A stretch of 53,510 nucleotides of DNA from Clostridia bacterium (lineage in GTDB: Bacteria > Bacillota > Dehalobacteriia > UBA7702), in NCBI GenBank assembly GCA_051866595.1, contig JBJDXI010000069.1, positions 1 through 53,510 on the forward strand. The letters run 5' to 3'. The notes under the pieces are model-generated. The model worked only from the letters and a program-made list of their open reading frames with translations, made no database searches and was not told where the DNA came from. This document shows positions 18,474 to 27,744 of the stretch, piece by piece (the first letter of the stretch is position 1; the number at the start of each line of letters is the position of its first letter). The translations under genes and the position numbers were made by a program.

Positions 18474-21401
18474 TTATTTTGTCGTCATTTCCGCGAAACG
18501 CTGGATCACCGCGGCGGCCTGGGCCCGGGTGGCGCTGCCTTTCGGTTCCAGGGTGCCGTTATCATGACCCTGCATCAGCTTGGAGGCCACGGCCCAGCCC
18601 ATTTCTTCTTTCGCCCAGTCGCTGACGGTATTTCCGTCTTTGAAAGCGTCAAAGGAAGCGGTATTCGATACATCACAGCCGTTGAGTTTGGCGTAGCGGT
18701 ACATCATCGCCGCCATCTGTTCCCTGGTGATGCTGTCCATCGGACTGAATTTGCCGTTATAACCTTCCACGATGCCTTTTTCCGTGCCCCATGCCACGGC
18801 TTTGGAATACCATTCATCGTCTTTCACATCATCATAAGAAGATGTGGCTTTGACTTCCGGTTTACCGCCCAGGCGGTAAAGCATGGTGATATACATGGCC
18901 CGGGTCAATTCACTGTCCGGTTCAAAGGTCGTTCCCGTCATGCCGTTCATAATGCCGTTGACATAGACATAGCGGACAGAATCCTGATACCAGCCGTCCT
19001 TTGCCAGATCGGTAAAGGGAATTTCCGCGGTGATATAGGCGTAGGCTTCTTCGGCGGCAACAAGGTCATCGGCCTTTGAGACCAGAGCTTTCTGGTCGGC
19101 GGTCAAAGCGTTATAGGCGGCACGGGCCGCATCGATGGCGTCTTTGCTGTCAAGGGTCACTTCGCCGATGGCGGCGATTTTTTCATCCACCGCTTTGGCG
19201 GCGGCTTTGTCCGCGGCTTCTTTTTCCAGCTGAGCCAGTTTCGCTTCGGCGGCGGTGAGTGTATCGGCCTTGGTCACAAGGGCTTTTGCTTCATCGGAGA
19301 GAGCGTCATAGGCGGCACGAGCCCCTTCGATGGTGTCTTTGCTGTCGAGAGTCACTTCACCGATGGCGGCGATTTTCTTATCCACAGCGTCGGCGGCCAG
19401 CTGCTGTTTGACTTCGTCTTTCATGGCAATGGCAAAAATAGCGCCGCTGTCGTTTTTATGATAGATGGTGCCGTCTTCGTCGCAGATCACACTGGCGGTG
19501 CACCACTGTTCAAATCTTGCGGCATCGTAAAGGGTGGTCTGAACGGCTTCGGAACCGTCGGCTTTGGCCTTGATCACTTCCACGCCGCCGGGATTGTTGT
19601 TATAGGCAACATAAAGATACAGGTAACCGTCTTCTTCATAAGCGGTGGAGAGCAAAGGCGAAGTCTGAGCGTGGCCGCTTCCATTCACCGACCATTTGAT
19701 TTCTTTGGTGCTGAGGTCAATGCCGATGTAATGACCGTCTCCCCCTTTGCCCACGCCCATATAGGCCATGCCTTTATAGATCACCGGGGTGCTGGTGGCA
19801 CCGGTGCCGTAGGCGGAGCAGTCGATGATCTCAAGATCCGAAAGTTCGCCGGTTTCGCCGTTGATGGCCGCCATGCCCAGCTTACCGTTGTTGATGGCGA
19901 AGTATACTTTGCCGTTGTCATAGCAGACCGAGGAACGGATCGTGGTAGCTTCGCCCACCTCCAGATCGGTGACCAGCTTGCCGGTTTCTTTATCGCGGCT
20001 GTAAAGGTGGCCGCTGTCGCTGCCGTAGACTACATAATCGCCGACGATGGCGGCGCCGGCCCAATAGAAGCCTCTGGCATCGGTGGCACGCCAGATCAGT
20101 TTACCGGTTTCCGCGTCGAGACAGACAAAGGCATCTTCCTTGTTATACCCCCCAAATCCGGTGTAGATTTTGCCGTCGTCATAAGTGACGGGGCTGTAGG
20201 CGCCGCCGCCGTTTTCATCTTTATAAATCCATACGGAGTTCAGTGTTTTGGCGCTGAGAGCTTCCACAGTGCCGCCACCCAGAGGGCAGAAGATCAGACC
20301 GTCGCTGTAAGTAGCCGGAACCGTACCCCAGCTGTAGGAAGCGGATAATGCGCCGACGGCGGTGACTTCGCCGGTAACTTTATTGATTTTCTTTACGCTG
20401 TTTCCGCAGATGGAAACGACGGAATCATCCACAAGGATCAGGGGAGAAGGCGTATCGGACCAGTCGGTGCTGAAGGTCTTCTCCCAGAGCACTTCGGTTT
20501 CTTCGACGGTGCGGGGGGTCTGAGCCGCAGTGATACCGTTATTGATGCTGTTATTGCGGAACGAGGACCAGTCGGAATCATAAACCACACGGTCCATTTC
20601 CACTTCAATGGTGTATTCCGTGGCGCCGGAAGAGGTGTTCATCGAGGGCCAGGAGGTATCGCCGCATTTCACGGTGATGACAAGACCTTTGTCCACCGGA
20701 ATTTCCTCAGTGCGCTTGTATTCTTTGTCCCCCACATAAATGCGAACCTGGAAGTTTTTGTTTTCCGCGGTGGGCGTGATTTTTACCGAATCGGTGCCTT
20801 CGGGAAGTTTCAGGGAATATTCGTTGACATCCCCGTCAAATTCCGGCGATAAGGTGCCTTCGCTGGATTCCAGCGCTTTCAGCGCTGTGCTGTTGTTGTT
20901 CCAGGAGCCGCCGAGGTCTTCACCCATGGTAATGCTGTAACAGACACAAATCTCATCTCCGTCAGCCAAAGTTCCATCCGCAACAGTATAAGCAGAGAAG
21001 CCCTCATTGGTAAACCAATCATTCAGTGTACCCATCCAACCGGAATAACCACCGCCATCAAATGCACTGAGACCGTTAATCGAAGAAATATAACCGGAAT
21101 CCAGGCCTTCCGCCGTGAGGCCTTCACTTTCAAGGGCGGCCTTTACACAGCTCATCATCGTGGAGTCGTCATTCAGTTCCACCCAGGTATCCACCAGGGT
21201 ACCGGTCCAGAAGGAGTCTTCCCAGGTCAGATCGTTTTCTTCCGCAAATTCTTCATCAAAAGTGGTGTTTTCAATAATGACATGAACTTTATCCGTATCA
21301 CCGGAAAGACCGGTATCCAGCAGCGTCGCGGCGGAAAGGCCGGAGCTGAACGCGAAGATACAGAGAATCATGCAAAGTAAGCTAAGCCATTGTTTTTTCA
21401 T
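18474..21401 (-). CDS. SLH protein: DUF4430-like, cadherin-like beta-sandwich, PQQ-like beta-propeller, 2 helical repeats, 3 SLH
   Basis: YISSINGLSAFDGGGYSGWMGTLNDWF; LSPEFDGDVNEY; WSSFRNN and CLDAETGKLIW blades; start MKKQWL after an RBS. Confidence 0.8.
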   Translation of the reverse strand: MKKQWLSLLCMILCIFAFSSGLSAATLLDTGLSGDTDKVHVIIENTTFDEEFAEENDLTWEDSFWTGTLVDTWVELNDDSTMMSCVKAALESEGLTAEGLDSGYISSINGLSAFDGGGYSGWMGTLNDWFTNEGFSAYTVADGTLADGDEICVCYSITMGEDLGGSWNNNSTALKALESSEGTLSPEFDGDVNEYSLKLPEGTDSVKITPTAENKNFQVRIYVGDKEYKRTEEIPVDKGLVITVKCGDTSWPSMNTSSGATEYTIEVEMDRVVYDSDWSSFRNNSINNGITAAQTPRTVEETEVLWEKTFSTDWSDTPSPLILVDDSVVSICGNSVKKINKVTGEVTAVGALSASYSWGTVPATYSDGLIFCPLGGGTVEALSAKTLNSVWIYKDENGGGAYSPVTYDDGKIYTGFGGYNKEDAFVCLDAETGKLIWRATDARGFYWAGAAIVGDYVVYGSDSGHLYSRDKETGKLVTDLEVGEATTIRSSVCYDNGKVYFAINNGKLGMAAINGETGELSDLEIIDCSAYGTGATSTPVIYKGMAYMGVGKGGDGHYIGIDLSTKEIKWSVNGSGHAQTSPLLSTAYEEDGYLYLYVAYNNNPGGVEVIKAKADGSEAVQTTLYDAARFEQWCTASVICDEDGTIYHKNDSGAIFAIAMKDEVKQQLAADAVDKKIAAIGEVTLDSKDTIEGARAAYDALSDEAKALVTKADTLTAAEAKLAQLEKEAADKAAAKAVDEKIAAIGEVTLDSKDAIDAARAAYNALTADQKALVSKADDLVAAEEAYAYITAEIPFTDLAKDGWYQDSVRYVYVNGIMNGMTGTTFEPDSELTRAMYITMLYRLGGKPEVKATSSYDDVKDDEWYSKAVAWGTEKGIVEGYNGKFSPMDSITREQMAAMMYRYAKLNGCDVSNTASFDAFKDGNTVSDWAKEEMGWAVASKLMQGHDNGTLEPKGSATRAQAAAVIQRFAEMTTK

Positions 21402-21562
21402 TTTATGATTCCTTTCCATAGGTAGATTTTTTCGGCCGTATGCTTTGTTTTGCTCCTTTCTTCTTCCCAATCGGCCGTATGCGGGAAAATATTCTATTCA
21501 AGCTGCGCCCTCCGGAAACGGAGGAGCCGCAAACCTTGTCAGATCCACAGGGAACACTCCCT

Positions 21563-22165
21563 CTATTCCATATCCGAACCCACGTCTTTTCCCAGATCGC
21601 AGGTGTAATGCCAGCCGATGACATCCCCCTCGGAAACGAGGTAGCGGCTGGCGCCGTAATTGGGAAACCAGTCGTTGACGCAATAGGTCCAGCCGGAAAG
21701 GGAGCCGCAGTCAAATTCATAGAGATTGGCGATGCCCTCCACATAGTGGGAGTCGTACAGCGGCGTCCAACTGAATTCCAGATGAATCTTGTTTTCGATC
21801 ATTTCCCGTTTCAGCACATCGAAAACGGTTTCCCCTTCGTAAAAGGGAACCTCCTGCTTGGCAAAGATCACGCCGTCCTCGGGAACGAGGGCTTGCTTTT
21901 CCTTAGGCAGGGATTCCATGTGATCGAGAATCGTGGAACATTCCACCACCAGCACGCAGGTGCCCTCTTTGGATTCGTCAATGTTCTTGTTTTCATCCTC
22001 GCCGTCGATGGGCATAGGCTGTCCTTCCGGAATCTCATCGGTATTCACCGCCGCCACATCGTCGCTGTAAGCGGCAGCCTGCTCCGTGGTGACGGTACCG
22101 CAGGCCGCGGCGAAAACCATCACCGCCGCCAGCAAAAACAGAACCGCGAAAAACTTCCGTTTCAT
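21563..22165 (-). CDS. DUF4430 (transcobalamin C-terminal-like) lipoprotein
   Basis: Lipobox-like FAAAC; YVEGIANLYEFDCGSLSGWTYCVN...WHYTCDLG. Confidence 0.85.
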   Translation of the reverse strand: MKRKFFAVLFLLAAVMVFAAACGTVTTEQAAAYSDDVAAVNTDEIPEGQPMPIDGEDENKNIDESKEGTCVLVVECSTILDHMESLPKEKQALVPEDGVIFAKQEVPFYEGETVFDVLKREMIENKIHLEFSWTPLYDSHYVEGIANLYEFDCGSLSGWTYCVNDWFPNYGASRYLVSEGDVIGWHYTCDLGKDVGSDME

Positions 22166-22184
22166 GATGCTCCCGCCTTTCTCT

Positions 22185-23198
22185 TTATTCACTCATGGCG
22201 TAAAGGGGAGAAAGTCCCTTTTCCGCCCGTTCCAGTGCGGTAACCGCGTAAAACGCCTGTTCCGTGGCGATGGCGTCGGAGGAGTTCAGCGCTTTGGTGT
22301 GGGTATAGGAGCCGTCGTCCAGACGGTAGGTCATCAGGGCGTCAAAAACGCTGTGATCACCTTTGACAAAGCGCTCATCCTCCACGGAAACGCCCAGAGA
22401 AGATAAGGCCGTCAGCACCTGAGCGGAGCTTTCGGCGTTGGGTTCCTCCCAGGAGGAGTAACCACCGTCGTCATCCTGAACGGCGCTGAGATAATCCAGG
22501 GCCTTTTCCACCACCGGTGAAACGTCTTCTCTGTCTTTATAGAAGGCCAGTGCCTGCAAGGCCATGGCGGTAATGTCCACATCACCGTCGGCGCCGGCGT
22601 CCAGGGAGAACGAACCATCCTCATTCTGGGAAGCCAGAATTTTCTGAAGGTACATTTCCGCCGTGGCCTGTGTCGCCGCGTCGGGGTTTTCCGGCAGCTC
22701 GTAAGTACCGGAATTCAAAGCGATCAGCGCCCAGATGGGTCCGTTGAGCCCCTGGATGCAGACTTTATCAAAATCCGCCAGAGGAATCAGCAGGTTGTAA
22801 CCGCCGACGTTCCCCGGATCTTTCCCCAGTGCCGTCAGAACCAGCACCGTCCGGGAATATTCGGTATACTTCGTCTGATCCAGCACACCGCCGCAATCGG
22901 TCACTTTCTGTTCCAGCAGTGAATAATAAGCGTCGTAAAAGCCATCGGGGACTTTGGAATCACTGCGGACAAGGGCGATCACGGCCCAATCGCCGCCGAC
23001 CTCGCCGACGGGAAGCTCCGACGCCCGGTCATAGAAGTAGCAGGCGGTCAGGTCCACCGCCTCTTCCACCGTGATTTCCGCGGGTTCCGCCGTTTCTGTA
23101 TCCATACTTTCGGTCTTTTCCTTTTCTTTGCCGCATCCGCATAACAGGACCATTGCCAAAAAACAGCAAAACAGCAAATACAATCCTTTTCTTTTCAT
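22185..23198 (-). CDS. Prenyltransferase/squalene-oxidase-repeat (alpha-barrel) lipoprotein
   Basis: Lipobox LCGC; GGDWAVIAL, QGLNGPIWALIAL, QNEDGSF, DVDITAMALQAL and ATEQA. Confidence 0.8.
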   Translation of the reverse strand: MKRKGLYLLFCCFLAMVLLCGCGKEKEKTESMDTETAEPAEITVEEAVDLTACYFYDRASELPVGEVGGDWAVIALVRSDSKVPDGFYDAYYSLLEQKVTDCGGVLDQTKYTEYSRTVLVLTALGKDPGNVGGYNLLIPLADFDKVCIQGLNGPIWALIALNSGTYELPENPDAATQATAEMYLQKILASQNEDGSFSLDAGADGDVDITAMALQALAFYKDREDVSPVVEKALDYLSAVQDDDGGYSSWEEPNAESSAQVLTALSSLGVSVEDERFVKGDHSVFDALMTYRLDDGSYTHTKALNSSDAIATEQAFYAVTALERAEKGLSPLYAMSE

Positions 23199-23208
23199 CT
23201 CTTCCTCC

Positions 23209-25620
23209 TTAATACAAATGTCGGATATATCGGTCTACCCAGCGTTTCACATACCGGGAGTGTTTTTTCGCGAAGGTTTTCGCCTCTTCCCGCAGAAGGG
23301 CAAAAACGTGACGCCGCAGGGGAGAAACGGAATGATCGCTGAACACCGCCTCCCGATGGAGGCGCACCGCCATTCCGTAACGAAGGGACAGCCCCTCGCC
23401 GCCAAGTTCTTCCAGCTCGGATTCCATATCCTCCAGCGAGCCGTTTTTCCGTTTCAAACCACCGGCGCCGAGGAGATTCAGGGTATCGCAGAACAGCAGA
23501 TTCACCGCCTGACGGTCATCGGCTTCGGCCAGCTCCCGTCGGCGTTTTTGCATCACCTTCCGGCGGCGGAGCCACAAAACGAAGAAAGCGGCCAGGAGCA
23601 GGAAAATAAAGACGCCGGCGAAAACAGCGATCCATACCGGCGAAAAACCGGATTTCCCGGGATCACTTTGATCTTCGTCCTCCTCGATATCCTCGTAATT
23701 ATCCTGTTCCATCTGAACCATCCCCTGTTGATTGCTCTGGCTGTCCAGCGTATCGGAGATCTGTTCTTTCATCTGATCGGGACGTTCCATCACAAAGAGA
23801 TAGGGCGGCGTGACCTCAAAGGGAATCCAGCCCACTCCGTCACGGTAATATTCCACCCAGGCGTGGGCGTTTTCACCGGTCACCGTGATGGGTTTCCCCT
23901 CCCCGGCTCCGGCGGCATCCGTCGGCGTGATGATATATCCTTCCACATAGCGGGAAGGAATCCCGTAATAGCGGAACATCAGCGCCGCCGCTGTGGCATA
24001 GTGAACGGAATAGCCCTCGCCGCTGTTTTCCAGAAAATTACGGCAGAAATCGGTGCCGTCTTTCGGCGCGGACACATCTTCGTTATACGTTACATTTGTC
24101 AGGAGTTCATCTAAAATCCCCTGCATGGCAACGTTGTACGCGGTGTGGCCCGCCGAAAGATCCGCCTCTCCGAGATGGGTTTTCAGAACCGAGAGCGTTT
24201 CTTCGGGGATCGTAAGGTACGTATCATAAACAAATGACCGGTAAGCCGCTTCATTTTCAAGATAGCGAAGGGTTTCCTCATTTCCGGCGGCGGCCTGTTC
24301 TTTCAGGATTTGCCCCAGTTCCGCGGCGGCCTTCACCTGATTGGAAACGATGGTATAGGTCACGTTTTCCGGATCGTCATAATCCGCCGGGCAGGGCGCT
24401 TCATCCCCAATACGGGAAGCGGCTTTGCCGATACCACCGTCGGTATACTCATAGGGACTGTAAACATATCGATTCCCGGCATGAAGATTACGGACGGTTA
24501 CGGTGATTTCCTCGGTCTCCCGTCCGGCGGCGGAGGCCGCCGAAGAAAGCTGAGACATCCCGTAAAAACCACTGTTGTGCAGCCAATAAAAGGTATCGGC
24601 GTATTTATAAAGGGTTTCCCGATCTACCGGTTCCCAACCTTGGGAGGTATAAACGGAACCGACATACCCCCGAAGATAGAGGGAGCAGGGATCCGACATC
24701 GTCACTTCCAGGGCCGGTTTATCTTCCCGTTCCAGCGGCGCCGTCTCCTTGAGACGTCCTTCGGGGAAGTTGTTTGTCTCATCACGCTCCCAGCGCAGAT
24801 TTTCAGCGAAAGAGACCAGCTGTTTTTCCAGGGCGGAGCACATTTCCGGTTTATCATAGCCATTGGTAAAAATCCCGGTGAGGGGCAAGAGACAAAGGGC
24901 CATGACAATAACGGCGGCGATACCGCCGGAAAACAAAAGAGCCCCGCCGCCGCTTTTACCCGATGCAATGCCGCTGATCCCGGCCATAAAGAGTAGAAAC
25001 AAGGCAAGAGAAAGCAGACTGTACCATACCCAGGATGGAGATACCACCGCCGGGATCAGCAGAACAAAGAGGAAAAGCAAGGCAAGAAAAAGCATCAGAC
25101 GACCGCGGCCCAGTACTATATGGACGGTCAGCATAGACATCACCGCGATAACCGGCAAAAGAAACACCGTCACGGCCAGAGACTCACTGTAAAGACCTGA
25201 AACCGCTGTCCGCAGATAAATCAGACGAAACGCGGCGCCCCAGAGATCTTTCAGACCGTTGAGAATCACGGCCAGACCGTCCCGGAACAACGCGCCGCCG
25301 AACAGAAGTACCGCGACCATCAGCAGTACCGAAGCCAGGGAAATTCCCCGGCGCCAACGGGGTTTATCATAACAGAAAAAGGTCACACCCAAACAAAGGG
25401 CACACCAGATCACAAGAACCGACCCGTTGCAGGGAACCGAAATCAGCGTCAGCACAACGCCGCCGAAGGAAACAAGAAAAAGCAAGGCCAAAGCCAAGAG
25501 AGTAAAAAGATGGAATCTTTCCGTTTTCGGGTCCGTTTCAGTCCGCGGCTCCCATCCAAAAGTCATACCACCGGCTTGTTCCCGTGGTTTCTTTACGCGT
25601 TTAATCGAAATCATCATCAA
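23209..25620 (-). CDS. Membrane protein with transglutaminase-like domain (Cys replaced by Ser)
   Basis: Multiple N-terminal TM segments; GYSVHYATA, GIPSRYVEGY, HAWVEYY and WIPFEVTP; C-terminal TM. Confidence 0.85.
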   Translation of the reverse strand: MMMISIKRVKKPREQAGGMTFGWEPRTETDPKTERFHLFTLLALALLFLVSFGGVVLTLISVPCNGSVLVIWCALCLGVTFFCYDKPRWRRGISLASVLLMVAVLLFGGALFRDGLAVILNGLKDLWGAAFRLIYLRTAVSGLYSESLAVTVFLLPVIAVMSMLTVHIVLGRGRLMLFLALLFLFVLLIPAVVSPSWVWYSLLSLALFLLFMAGISGIASGKSGGGALLFSGGIAAVIVMALCLLPLTGIFTNGYDKPEMCSALEKQLVSFAENLRWERDETNNFPEGRLKETAPLEREDKPALEVTMSDPCSLYLRGYVGSVYTSQGWEPVDRETLYKYADTFYWLHNSGFYGMSQLSSAASAAGRETEEITVTVRNLHAGNRYVYSPYEYTDGGIGKAASRIGDEAPCPADYDDPENVTYTIVSNQVKAAAELGQILKEQAAAGNEETLRYLENEAAYRSFVYDTYLTIPEETLSVLKTHLGEADLSAGHTAYNVAMQGILDELLTNVTYNEDVSAPKDGTDFCRNFLENSGEGYSVHYATAAALMFRYYGIPSRYVEGYIITPTDAAGAGEGKPITVTGENAHAWVEYYRDGVGWIPFEVTPPYLFVMERPDQMKEQISDTLDSQSNQQGMVQMEQDNYEDIEEDEDQSDPGKSGFSPVWIAVFAGVFIFLLLAAFFVLWLRRRKVMQKRRRELAEADDRQAVNLLFCDTLNLLGAGGLKRKNGSLEDMESELEELGGEGLSLRYGMAVRLHREAVFSDHSVSPLRRHVFALLREEAKTFAKKHSRYVKRWVDRYIRHLY

Positions 25621-26783
25621 ATCAACACCTGATACAGTGCGTTCCGGTAATTCTCCGGCGTTACGGCATACACCTCGCCGCCGGCAAAATCCGTACCGGA
25701 TTCCCGTTCCGAGCAGAGGATCATCGTTTTCCGCACCGTCTGAGGCAGAACGGAAAACGTTTCCGAGGGAGAGGAAGCGATATAAACAATATTGGAGTAA
25801 CTGCCGTGATCTCCGGTTTTCAAATATCCCTCCACCGTATCCTCTTCACCGCGGATTTCCGAAACGGACAGGATCTCCGGCAGAATGAGCTGAAAGGATT
25901 CCTCGGAATCAATACGGTGACCGACAAAGGTTCCGTTTTCCGAACGAAGCCAGCCAACGGTATGCGCGGCATTCATTTCCGTCAGACGATGGGAAAGAGA
26001 GAGCAGGATTTCGCCTAAAGCGTGGCGCGCCGAAGGCGAAGTCCAAGGTTGCCCCGGAGGACAGACACGTTCAAAGAGAATCAGCACCGATTCATTCACC
26101 GGCAGGCTGGCCTCGCGGATCATCAGCCGGTCGTATTTCCCCGTCAGTTTCCAATGGATACTGCGAAGGGCGTCACCGGGCTCGTAATCACGGACGGCGA
26201 AAGTCTCCGAGGGATCGTTCCCCGCTTTGTAAGGAGAAAAACGGTCACATTCCGGTTCGGTCACACCGCTTTTCGCCACCGTAACATCGATGGGGAAAAG
26301 CTCCGGCAGAATCAGGGCGTATTGTGATAATTCCTTTGGAACGAAAAGAGCCGCCGTTCCAAAAGAATCATACACTTTCAGACTTTTCACGGTGACCGCC
26401 GCTTTTCCGCAGTGAGCGGAAACAGCATGAAAGGAAGACACCGCCCGGCCCCGGCCGGGAACCACCAGAGCAACGGTATCCTCCGCCTTTTCTCCGGTAA
26501 AAAGATTTTTTATTTCCACAACGACTCGGAGCACCGGAAAAGGACAGCGGCAGGGATTTTCCACGGCAATCTCTCCGGAAACAGGCTCTCCCGGCCCGGA
26601 CAGATCGCCAAGGGACAGCGATACTTCCATCCTGGGCGCGAAGAGGCGGTTCAGCACCGAGGAAACAGCGATTATCAGCAGTACCGCGGCGATCAGTAAC
26701 AGAGGAAGAATACTCTCCCCAAAAATCGCCAGCACCAGCAGGGCCACAACAATGCCGCTGACATACAGAACACGTTTATTCAT
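25617..26783 (-). CDS. DUF58 domain protein
   Basis: VRDYEPGDALRSIHWKLT; 2 N-terminal TM segments; located between MoxR and the transglutaminase. Confidence 0.9.
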   Translation of the reverse strand: MNKRVLYVSGIVVALLVLAIFGESILPLLLIAAVLLIIAVSSVLNRLFAPRMEVSLSLGDLSGPGEPVSGEIAVENPCRCPFPVLRVVVEIKNLFTGEKAEDTVALVVPGRGRAVSSFHAVSAHCGKAAVTVKSLKVYDSFGTAALFVPKELSQYALILPELFPIDVTVAKSGVTEPECDRFSPYKAGNDPSETFAVRDYEPGDALRSIHWKLTGKYDRLMIREASLPVNESVLILFERVCPPGQPWTSPSARHALGEILLSLSHRLTEMNAAHTVGWLRSENGTFVGHRIDSEESFQLILPEILSVSEIRGEEDTVEGYLKTGDHGSYSNIVYIASSPSETFSVLPQTVRKTMILCSERESGTDFAGGEVYAVTPENYRNALYQVLI

Positions 26784-27729
26784 AGCGTGATCCCTTTCCC
26801 GTTACCGGCATCATCACCGAAGAGAGCAGTTCCGCCGTGATGTCCCCGGCGGAAGTTCCCGTCAGCCGCGCCTTTGGCTGGAGCATCAGACGGTGTCCTA
26901 CCACATCGGGGAAGACCGCGGCAATATCCTCGGGAATCACGTAATTCCGACCTTCGATAAAGGCATGGGCTTTGCCCATACGGCTCAGCGCCAGGGCGCC
27001 CCTAGGGCTTAACCCCTGCAGTACCAGATCATGACAGCGGGTCGCCTCCGCCAGGGAGGTAATATATTCGTAAATGGCATCGGCAACATATACGTCCGTC
27101 ACCTCTTCCCTGAGGGCCACCAGTCCTTCGGCATCCATCTTACATTCGATACGGTCCAACGGATTGGCGGAATGGCGGTCTTTCAGAATGTTCACCTGAC
27201 TTTGGAAATCCGGGTACCCCATCCGGGTCCGAATCATAAACCGGTCCAACTGGGAGTCGGGGAGCATCTGGGTACCGGCGGAGCCCACGGGATTCTGGGT
27301 GGCAATCACCACAAAGGGACGGGGCACTTCCCGGGTCACGCCGTCCACGGTGACACGGAATTCTTCCATAACCTCCAGCAGCGCCGACTGGGTGCGGCTG
27401 GAGGTACGGTTGATTTCATCGGCCAGAAAGAGATTCGTCATCACAGCACCGGGTTTATACTCAAAATTCCCCGTCGATTTGTCATAAACCGAAAAGCCCA
27501 CAATATCCGAGGGCATACTGTCAGAGGTCAGCTGAACCCGTTTGTAATCCAATCCCAATACCTTGCTGAAGGCCAGCGCCAGCGTGGTTTTGCCGACACC
27601 GGGGACGTCATCGAGAAGGATGTGCCCTCCGGAAAGCATCGCCATCAGAACTTTGGCGATGATCTCATCCTTCCCGATGATGACTTTTTTGATTTCAGAC
27701 AAAATATCGTTTACCTGTTGATTCATCAT
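26776..27729 (-). CDS. moxR: MoxR-family AAA+ ATPase
   Basis: DVPGVGKT, LADEINR, TQSALLE, ATQNP and QLDRF. Confidence 0.93.
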   Translation of the reverse strand: MMNQQVNDILSEIKKVIIGKDEIIAKVLMAMLSGGHILLDDVPGVGKTTLALAFSKVLGLDYKRVQLTSDSMPSDIVGFSVYDKSTGNFEYKPGAVMTNLFLADEINRTSSRTQSALLEVMEEFRVTVDGVTREVPRPFVVIATQNPVGSAGTQMLPDSQLDRFMIRTRMGYPDFQSQVNILKDRHSANPLDRIECKMDAEGLVALREEVTDVYVADAIYEYITSLAEATRCHDLVLQGLSPRGALALSRMGKAHAFIEGRNYVIPEDIAAVFPDVVGHRLMLQPKARLTGTSAGDITAELLSSVMMPVTGKGSRYE

Positions 27730-27744
27730 AACGATCCCTTTCGA

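Noticed and set aside
13973-19079. Similar plus-strand ORFs 13973..15517 and 18321..19079, a possible target of riboswitch 2
   Set aside because: They are shadows of the duplicated SLH cassette. The second has no RBS and crosses a strong terminator.
21432-21482. 12-bp direct repeat TCGGCCGTATGC
   Set aside because: Short, only two copies, no supporting context.
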